Shown here: piece after piece, positions 1 through 9,379 of the stretch
Layout: every line of letters begins with the position of its first letter
Numbering within the stretch: position 1 is the first letter of the stretch
Assembly: GCF_030144855.1 (NCBI RefSeq)
Contig: NC_082706.1
Coordinates: 106,454,001-106,518,000 of the forward strand
Source: Hypanus sabinus
Lineage: Eukaryota
DNA: 64,000 nt
Direction of reading: 5' to 3'
Made by a program: the position numbers and the translations under genes
The notes under the pieces: generated by a model
What the model saw: only the letters and a program-made list of their open reading frames with translations
Databases searched by the model: none
What the model was told of the DNA's origin: nothing

Positions 1-412
1 CCTGGTTCCTGGTGCTGCTTTTCAGCTGTGCGTTACCAACTCCTCTTCAACTTTTATTGCTCCTTCCCACCGCGCAGATTCTTTTACCATTTTCTGCTTT
101 TATTACAGGTCGCAGTGTGGCTCAGACCCTGATCCAGCCCAAAGCATCGCTGACGATATCTGCCGGGAAAACCGCGCGAATTCGTTGTGAACTGAAAGGA
201 GGCACCATCGACAGTAATAATCCCCTTCACTGGTATCAGCAGAAACCCGGAAAGCCGCCCCAAAGGGTACTCTACTATGGAGACGGCGTAGCGCGGGATT
301 CAGGATTCGGGGAATCCTTCAACGCGGAAAAGATTACAAATACCGTTATGCAGTTAACAATCATAGTTGACGCTGACAGCGCTGCCACCTATTACTGCGC
401 CTACTGGGTTTA
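1..412 (+). CDS. TRGV: TCR gamma-type V segment 'Va' (5'-partial): leader exon remainder 1-27, intron 28-108, V exon 109-412
   Basis: V exon reads QTLIQPKASLTISAGKTARIRCELKGG..LHWYQQKPGKPPQRVLYY..ATYYCAYWVY, with Cys23, Trp41 and YYC104. The YYCAxW end is typical of TRGV. GT(GCGT)..TACAG intron; RSS follows. The ATG lies ~12 nt before the window by comparison with Vb. Confidence 0.88.
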
Positions 413-450
413 CACAGTATGTAATAGAAAGCAAACTCCGCACAAAAAGC
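413..450 (+). other. RSS of Va: CACAGTA + 22-nt spacer + ACAAAAAGC
   Basis: Heptamer 413-419, spacer 420-441, nonamer 442-450, read directly. Confidence 0.9.
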
Positions 451-1596
451 TCGACGAGCAGCCAGTCAAAGGGAACCGTCAATCCGGAGGCTGCAGCGAC
501 CCCCAGCTAGAATTGCACTTACCCATATCCGCCGGGCAGGAGTTGAAGTCTGTTCAGGAGGCAGGGACAGAAGCAGCCGGTTCTGAAATCTCCCCAATTC
601 CATTTGAAAGTATGAAAGAATTCGGCTTTAGGGACGAGGTGGCAGCCGTGGCTTTGCCCATTCCCGGGACTATCCCCTGTGAAAGCAACGTAAGGGGTTA
701 TGTCACCAGAAACACGCCGCGTAGCCTGGCTGGAAGTGCGGCGGGGATACTCGGATTGTCCGTCCCAGAAGATACTGATCTTCGGCGCGGAGCACTGAGC
801 GTTAACCATGGACTTCTCAATCCTCGAACCAGCTCCTCACGATCGAGAACTTCTGCAAAAGACAGACAGGCAGACATCTTCTACTTCACGGTGCAGATTG
901 TACAACATTTCCCATTGAGTTTCAGATTTATTTATCACATGTTAAAGGGTTACCACAAGATTATCGACCGGAGGGTGCCGTATTGCAATCTTTTCTATAA
1001 CATGGAAGGCCCCCACCGAGGGAACTTTTTGTGCTCTTGATACACTTGACAATTCTTCCAGAGAAGCAGTGCTTTATCAGCCAATGGAAAATGGTAGGTG
1101 GCAATCACGAAAATGCTTCCTCAACAGTTTGACCTCAGACGACGAATCATCGCATCTGGAGTCAAAGTGGGGGACACTCACATTTACACCACTCTGATGC
1201 TAGCTGTGTCTGTGAGGTATGAGGTACCGGCGCATTGTGATAGAGGTACCTGGCGAATGACTGTAAATAATGTACGTTGACCAGACACTTCCTCATAAGG
1301 CACCGGAATAAGATGATGGCAAATTGCAGAAAATGAGGACCAGTTGACCTGATGCATGCTGGAGTGCTCTCATCACGAACGTTGCAGGAACATTGTCCTG
1401 GGCATCGTACAGGTTGCGTAAGAACACGGTTTTGAATTTCTTCACGTGGTATTAATAAATTATCAAGAGAACTGGATTCAGCAAACACTTTGAGACAAGA
1501 CAATATCCTTACTGTTGTAATGAACACCTGTGGTGAAGAACCGGCTTTGTCTTTAGCCAAGCTGCTTTCATGCAGTTGACCCATTAGATGGGAGGT

Positions 1597-1899
1597 TACG
1601 TGCCACGAGAACGTAGCGGTTAGCACGCCGCTATTACAACTCAGGGCATCTGAGTCTGGAGTTTATTTCTGGCGCTATCTGTAAGGAGTCCCTGTCGGTC
1701 CTCCCTGCTCAATGCATGGGGTTTTCCCCGGGTGCCCCGGTTTCCTCTCACAGTCCAAAGACGTACCGAGTAGGTGAATTGATCATTGTAAAATGTGATT
1801 AGGTTAGGGTTCATCGAGGTTGTCGGGGGTTGCTGGGGCGGTGTGACCTGAAGTCCGGAAGGGTCTAATCTGCACTGTATCGCTAAATAAACAATTAAA
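1597..1899 (+). mobile_element. V-SINE (HE1-like, tRNA-derived SINE); paralog at ~6214-6516
   Basis: tRNA-like head (GTAGCGGTTAGCACGCCGC), V-domain core (GGGTGCCCCGGTTTCCTCTCACAGTCCAAAGACGT), tail CTAAATAAA. Confidence 0.75.
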
Positions 1900-3989
1900 A
1901 TTGTCTAGTGATATCCTGTTCATATAAAGCCGGGCAAATCTAATCTGGCTATTACAACACAAAACAGGGACCAAAGAAATGCACTCTAGGGATGAGGTGA
2001 GAGAGACTGTTTTTGATAACAGGACAGTATTTGGTTTACTGTAGCTCAGAGCAGCCTGAGAAAAACTCAACTCAATGGGCATTAAGTGGAGAAAACCGCA
2101 GTTCTAAAGCGCTGAAAGGAGGGAGGTTGGAAGTCTTTTCCTACACCTCTATATTTTCCGTTGCTTCATTAATAAATTTATTACCTTGTCACTAGTGTAC
2201 AGACAATGGCAATCTCCAGCAAGTGTTCCCAATTAACTACCCTTGATATTCAATGACTGGAAATACAACTGGACCAGCCACACAAACACTGGGATAACAC
2301 GTATACCCGCAGGAAAAGGATCTCAGCGTTGTATGTGGTGACTCTGATAATAAGTTTTACTTTGAACTTTGACATTTAAATGTAGCTGGGTATTCTGGGG
2401 CAAAGAAGGCACTTCCTGGCATTTCAAAGCCATTCCAATATCGGTTAATGAGGTTCTTTACATTAAGGTGCATGAGTTTGACTCAAAGAACATTAAAGAA
2501 GCTCAGTGCAATCCGAAAGAAAGCAATTCCTTGCACTAACAGCAACCAACTGCTCCGAAGTTTCATTTTTGTTACTAGCTACATTGATATATCTGTAATA
2601 CATCCAGGCTACTTAATGCACAATAATTATTTATTAAGATTCCTCTGACAGCACATCTCAAACTCAGTCTATCACCAAGAAAGATTAAGGCAGCTATAAC
2701 TACTGTTGCAATTCACATATCGTTTATGGTACGCCATGGTTAAATGTGTCTATGACAATTTTCTCAAATAATATGTAGATTACCTCACCAAAAAGGAGTA
2801 GCGTCGTAGTTAGAACTGCTTTTAATTCTCGTCGACCTGTAAGGAGTTTCTACTTCTCCCTGCTCTTCCGGGTGCTCCGGTTTCCTCATAAATTCCGAAG
2901 ACGTAGGTTCCAAAGTAGGTAGGTTAATCGGTCACTATAAACTATTCTGTGATTAGCAAAGGGTTAAATCGGGGATTGCTTGAAGTGCCGGAAGCGCCTA
3001 TATCGTAAAAAATAAAAAAGATGGAAAAACTTCATCTCCAGTTGGAAAATTGGGCAGAGCAGGTGACTGCTGGAGGGACGGGTACGGGGTGGCACATTGC
3101 GATCACTGGCTATCCGTTTTATATGATTTTAGAAAAAGATAGGACCGGCCATCGAATTAAAGGCCTAGATTGGTGAAAGTCTAATTTTGAAGTCACTCGA
3201 CGGGATTCAGCAAAAGTTGATTGAGAGAAGCTGTTCGCAGGTATGGGAAGTGGCAGGCGTCTGAAAGTGTAATAGGGTGGGTTCAGGGACAGCATAAGAG
3301 CACAAAACACAAGAGTAGAACTTGGCCATTTGAACGGCCATTTGGCGTTAACCGGCATTCAAGTAACCCTCTCCAATACAGGTATTTGGGGCCATCCTGT
3401 CTGCCCCCAATCCATCATGGTTGATTTATTACCCCCTCTCAATGCCAGTTTTCTGACCTCCCAGTAGTACTTGATGCCCTTTCTGATCAAGAACCAGTCA
3501 ATCTTTGCATTAAATATACTTAGTTATATTGAAAGCCAAGGCTGGCAGAATTATGGATTATAGCTGATAAGGGATATTGAGGGTTTCTTCAGGGAAAATG
3601 GAGAATATATGTCAAGTATTGTCAGTTGTGATCAAGTGAATCCTCTGAGCCGTATAAAAGATATAGGAGTGCACTTAAGAGGAAAATCAGGATGACAAAT
3701 TCTTCAGATCGTTTTGGCAGTTAAGGCAAAGGGGATTCCTAAGATGTTCTATAAGTATATCAAGACGGAAAAGGTAACCAGAACGATTGTGGAGTCACAG
3801 TAGATAATAGAGCGAGAATTTAAATATTTCTTATCTGTAATTACTGTAGAGAAGGTCAAGAAGCTAAGAAGTTCATAGCATAGAAAATGATGACTTGAAC
3901 TATATCGACATTACAAAAGGGAAGGGGCTGACAGTCGTAAAATGCATCAAGGTGGATACATTCCCACGGCCAGACCAAGTGAATTCTAT

Positions 3990-4265
3990 GACACAGAGAG
4001 GCGCGGTACCGTAGTCGCTAGCACAACGCTTTACAGTGCAGGTGACCGGCATTCAATTCCCGTCGCTGCCTGTAAGGAGTTTGTACACTCTATAGGTGCT
4101 CCACTTTCCTCCCACGCATTTCAAAGATCTTCTGGTTAGTAGGTGAATTGGTCGCTGTAAGTTGTCACGTGATTGAGCTGAGAATAAATCAGGAGATTGC
4201 TGGGCGACGTGGCCTGAATGGCTGTAAGCAAGTAGTTGGGCAGAGATATTTCTATAGCTGTTAAC
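3990..4265 (+). mobile_element. Decayed V-SINE at the end of the duplication unit; paralog at ~8555-8826
   Basis: GGTACCGTAGTCGCTAGCACAACGC head and GGTGCTCCACTTTCCTCCCACGCATTTCAAAGA V-core. Confidence 0.6.
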
Positions 4266-4588
4266 CACGACAACTGCATCACTCCACTAACGTTGCCTGT
4301 CTTGCTATATTCGGAATAAATTGCGCAAATAGGACAGAGAGGCCGAGTGCGTTAACCGGCATTCAAGTAACCCTCTCCAATACAGGTAGCTGAAAGGGAA
4401 AAAAATGAACTGTGGCATGCCCCGCCCCTGACACCCGTCTCCTAAGAAAGGCGGCGCTACCAGTCTCTTGTAAAGAATTGATTTGGACACGGGCCGGGTT
4501 AGGAGCTGAGGCGGGTTCAGCCCCGACAACAAAAGCTGATAAACTGCTCTTCCTCTCAGATTCCAAACACTGATCCGGCGCAACAAGC

Positions 4589-5013
4589 ATGAGGCAGGGT
4601 GCCTGGTTCGTGGTGCTGCTTTTCAGCTGTGCGTTACCAACTCCTCTTCAACTTTTATTGCTCCTTCCCGCCGCGCAGATTCTTTTACCGTTTTCTGCTC
4701 TTTTTACAGATCGCAGTGTGGCTCAGACCCTGACCCAGCCCAAAGCATCGCTGACGTTATCTGTCGGGAAAACCGCGCGAATTCGTTGTGAACTGAACGG
4801 AGGCACCATCAACAGCAATGATCCCCTTCACTGGTACCAGCAGAAACCCGGAAAGCCGGCCCAAAGGATACTCTACTATGGACATAGCGTAACGCGTGAT
4901 TCGGGATTCGGGGAATCCTTCGACGTGGAAAGGATTACAGATACTGTTGTCCAGTTAACAATCGAAGTTGACGCTGACAGTGCTGCCACCTATTACTGCG
5001 CCTACTGGGTTTA
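4589..5013 (+). CDS. TRGV: TCR gamma-type V segment 'Vb': leader exon 4589-4628, intron 4629-4709, V exon 4710-5013
   Basis: Leader MRQGAWFVVLLFS(Y)RSVA; V exon QTLTQPKASL..RCELNGG..HWYQQKPG..ATYYCAYWVY; frame intact, splice sites canonical. Confidence 0.9.
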
Positions 5014-8000
5014 CACAGTATGTAATAGAAAGCAAACTCAGCGCAAAAAGCTCGACGAGCAGCCAGTCAAAGGGAACCGTCAATCCGGAGGCTGCAGCGA
5101 CCTCCAGCTAGAATTGCACTTACCCATATCCGCCGGGCAGGAGTTGAAGTCTGTTCAGGAGGCAGGGACAGAAGCAGCCGGTTCTGAAATCTCCCCAATT
5201 CCATTTGAAAGAATGAAAGAATTCGGCTTTAGGGACGAGGTGGCAGCTGTGGCTTTGCCCATTCCCGGGACTATCCCCTATGAATGCAACGTAAGGGGTT
5301 ATGTCACCAGAAACACGCCGCGTGGCCTGACTGGAAGTGCGGCAGGAATACTCGGATTGTCCGTCCCAGAAGATACTGATCTTCGGCGCGGAGCACTGAG
5401 CGTTAACCACGGACTTCTCCATCCTCGAACCAGGTCATCACGATCGAGAACTTCTGCAAAAGACAGACAGGCAGACATCTGCTACTTCACGGTGCAGATT
5501 GCACAACATTTCCCATTGAGTTTCAGATTTATTTATCACATGTTAAAGGGTCACCACAAGATTATCGACCGGAGGGTGCCGTATTGCAATCTTTTCTATA
5601 ACATGGAAGGCCCCCACCGAGAGAACCTTTTGTGCTCTTGGTACACTTGACAATTCTTCCAGAGAAGCAGTGCTTTATCAGCCAATGGAAAATGGTAGGT
5701 GGCAATCACGAAAATGCTTCCTCAACAGTTTGACCTCAGACGACGAATCATCGCATCTGGAGTCAAAGTGGGGGACACTCACATTTACACCACTCTGATG
5801 CTAGCATTGTCTGTGAGGTATGAGGTACCGGGGCATTGTGATAGAGGTACCTGGCGAATGACTGTAAATAATGTACGTTGACCAGACACTTCCTTATAAG
5901 GCACCGGAATAAGATGATGGCAAATTGCAGAAAATTGTGGACCAAGTTGACCTGATGCATGCTGGAGTGCTCTCATCACGAACATTGCAGGAACCTGCCG
6001 CACTGTCATGGGCATCGTACAGGTTGCGTAAGAATACGGTTTTGAATTTCTTCACGTGGTATTAATAAATTATCAAGAGAACTGGATTCAGCAAACACTT
6101 TGAGACAAGACAATATCCTTACTGTTGTAATGAACACCTGTGGTGAAGAACCGGCTTTGTCTTTAGCCAACTTGCTTTCATGCAGTTATAGCATTGACCC
6201 ATTAGATGGGAAGTTACGTGCCACGAGAACGTAGCGGTTAGCACGCCGCTATTACAACTCAGGGCGTCGGAGTCTGGAGTTTATTTCTGGCGCTATCTGT
6301 AAGAAGTCCCTGTAGGTCCTCCCTGCTCAATGCATGGGGTTTCCCCGGGTGCCGCGGTTTCCTCTCACAGTCCAAAGACGTACCGAGTAGGTGAATTGAT
6401 CATTGTAAAATGTGATTAGGTTAGGGTTCATCGAGGTTGTCGGGGGTTGCTGGGGCGGTGTGACCTGAAGTCCGGAAGGGGCTAATCTGCACTGTATCGC
6501 TAAATAAACAATTAAAATTGTCCAGTGATATCCTGTTCATATAAAGCCGGGGAAATCTAATCTGGCTATTACAACACAAAACAGGGACCAATGAAATGTA
6601 CTCTAGGGATGAGGTGAGAGAGACTGTTTTTGATAACAGGACAGTATTTGGTTTACTGTAGCTCAGAGCAGCCTGAGAAAAACTCAACTCAATGGGCATT
6701 AAGTGGAGAAAACCGCAGTTCTAAAGCGCTGAAAGGAGGGAGGTTGGAAGTCTTTTCCTACACCTCTATATTTTCAGTTGCTTCATTAACAAATTTACTA
6801 CCTTTTCACTAGTGTACAGACAATGGCAATCTCCAGCAAGTGTTCCCAATTAACTACCCTTGATATTCAATGACTGGAAATACAACTGGACCAGCCACAC
6901 AAACACTGGGATAACACGTATACCCGCAGGAAAAGGATCTCAGCGTTGTATGTGGTGACTCTGATAATAAGTTTTACTTTGAACTTTGATATTTAAATGT
7001 AGCTGGGCATTCTGGGGCAAAGAAGGCACTTCCTGGCATTTCAAAGCCATTCCAATATCGGTTAATGAGGTTCTTTACATTAAGGTGCATGAGTTTGACT
7101 CAAAGAACATTAAAGAAGCTCAGTGCAATCCGAAAGAAAGCAATTCCTTGCACTAACAGCAACCAACTGCTCCGAAGTTTCATTTTTGTTACTAGCTACA
7201 TTGATATATCTGTAATACATCCAGGCTACTTAATGCGCTATAATTATTTATTAAGGTTTCTTTGACAGCACCTCTCAAACTCACAGTCTATTACTAAGAA
7301 AGATTAAGGTAGCTATAACTATTGTTGCAATTCACATATCGTTTATGGTACGCCATGGTTAAATGTGTCTATGACAATTTTCTCAAATAATATGTAGATT
7401 ACCTCACCAAAAAGGAGTAGCGTCGTAGTTAGAACTGGATTTAATTCTCGTCGACCTGTAAGGAGTTTCTACTTCTCCCTGCTCCTCCGGGTGCTCCGTT
7501 TTACTCACACATTCCAAAGACGTACCAGTAGGTAGGTTAATCGGTCACCATAAACTATTCCGTGATTAGCAAAGGGTTAAATCGGGGATTGCTGGAAGTG
7601 CCGGAAGGGCCTAATCCTGGTTTTATCGCCATAAATAAAAAAGAGGGAAAAGCTTGATCTCCAGTTGGAAAATTGGGCAGAGCAGGTGACTGCTGGAGGG
7701 ACGGGGACGGGGTGGCACATTGTGATCACTGGCTATCCGTTTTATATGATTTTAGAAAAAGATAGGACCGGCCATCGAATTAAAGGCCTAGATTGGTGAA
7801 AGTCTAATTTTGAAGTCACTCGACAGGATTCTACAACAGTTGATTGAGAGAAGCTGTTCGCAGGTATGGGAAGTGGCAGGCGTCTGAAAGTGTAATAGGG
7901 TGGGTTCAGGGACAGCATAAGAGCACTAAACACAAGAGTAGAACTTGGCCATTTGGCCCATCGAGACTGCCCCAAATCCATCATGGTTGATTTGTTACCC

Positions 8001-8829
8001 CCTCTCAATGCCAGTATTCTGACCTTCCAGTAATCCTTGATGCCCTTTCTGATTAAGAACCAGTCAATCTTTGCATTAAATATACTTAGTTATATTGAAA
8101 GCCAAGGCTGGCAGAATTATGGATTATAGCTGATAAGGGATATTGAGGGTTTCTTCAGGGAAAATGGAGAATATATGTCAAGTATTGTCAGTTGTGATCA
8201 AGTGAATCCTCTGAGCCGTATAAAAGATATAGGAGTGCACTTAAGAGGAAAATCAGGATGACAAATTCTTCAGATCGTTTTGGCAGTTAAGGCAAAGGGA
8301 ATTCCTAAGATGTTCTATAAGTATATCAAGACGGAAAAGGTAACCAGAACGATTGTGGAGTCACAGGAGATAGGGCGAGAATTTAAACATTTCTTATCTG
8401 TAATTACTGTAGAGAAGGTCAAGAAGCTAAGAAGTTCATAGCATAGAAAATGATGACTTGAACTATATCGACATTACAAAAGGGAAGGGGCTGACAGTCG
8501 TAAAATGCATCAAGGTGGATACATTCCCACGGCCAGACCAAGTGAATTCTATGACACAGAGAGGCGCGGTACCGTAGTCGCTAGCACAACGCTTTACAGT
8601 GCAGGTGACCGGCATTCAATTCCCGTCGCTGCCTGTAAGGAGTTTGTACACTCTATAGGTGCTCCACTTTCCTCCCACGCATTTCAAAGATCTTCTGGTT
8701 AGTAGGTGAATTGGTCGCTGTAAGTTGTCACGTGATTGGGCTGAGAATAAATCAGGAGATTGCTGGGCGACGTGGCCTGATTGGCTGTAAGCAAGTAGTT
8801 GGGCAGAGATATTTCTATAACTATTAACA
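4602..8829 (+). repeat. Tandem segmental duplication, copy 2 (contains Vb)
   Basis: Colinear with 1-4268; the similarity stops after ..GAGATATTTCTATA(G/A)CT(G/A)TTAAC. Confidence 0.95.
5014..5051 (+). other. RSS of Vb: CACAGTA + 22-nt spacer + GCAAAAAGC
   Basis: Heptamer 5014-5020, spacer 5021-5042, nonamer 5043-5051. Confidence 0.85.
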
Positions 8830-9379
8830 ACGGGCGAAGTAACAGAGAAGTATATGATGGCTATTGTCGTGTTTTCTGAGAAGTGTTTTCAGGACAAACT
8901 TGGCAACTATGTGGAGGGTGGGGTGGGGGGGGGGGGAGCTAGCCGAAAATCAGTGGCAGGAAATTTACAAGAAGATATCAGATAAACGAGCAATTGGGAT
9001 TGAAACTACTCATCGAATAATAAGCCTGATATTGTGCGTGGGATATTATGTCAAAAATTGTTTTTTTCTTTGAAGAGGTTGACCAAGAGGATCAACGAGA
9101 GCAAATAGATAACATTCACTTTAGCAAATTTTAACAAGATTCCGCTTGGTAGAATGGTCCTGAAGATCAACTCACATGCGATTAAGAACAGGCGAGCCGC
9201 TTGCATCAAGACTTAGCCTGATGTTAACAGTCTAAGCATGGTTTTCCACAGGGATCATGTTGTATCCACTGTTCATTATGGTCGGTATGGACGAGTTGTG
9301 TGGAAGTGCCCGTTTCCGCGTTGTGGAATTCAACTAGTCTGTGACTCTATCCTAAATAAATATATTTATTTGGAGATCA

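Larger units (their letters stand above)
1..4268 (+). repeat. Tandem segmental duplication, copy 1 (contains Va)
   Basis: 1-~4268 aligns by eye at ~95-97% with 4602-~8829 (offset 4601 at the V gene). Confidence 0.95.

Noticed and set aside
519-809. Antisense ORF (and paralog 5120-5422) in the GC-rich Va tail
   Set aside because: Short, no recognisable domain, expected by chance in GC-rich DNA.
1162-1626. 154-aa minus ORF with a KAGSSPQVFI segment resembling V FR2
   Set aside because: No other Ig motif, the ORF starts inside a SINE, and it is broken in the paralogous copy.
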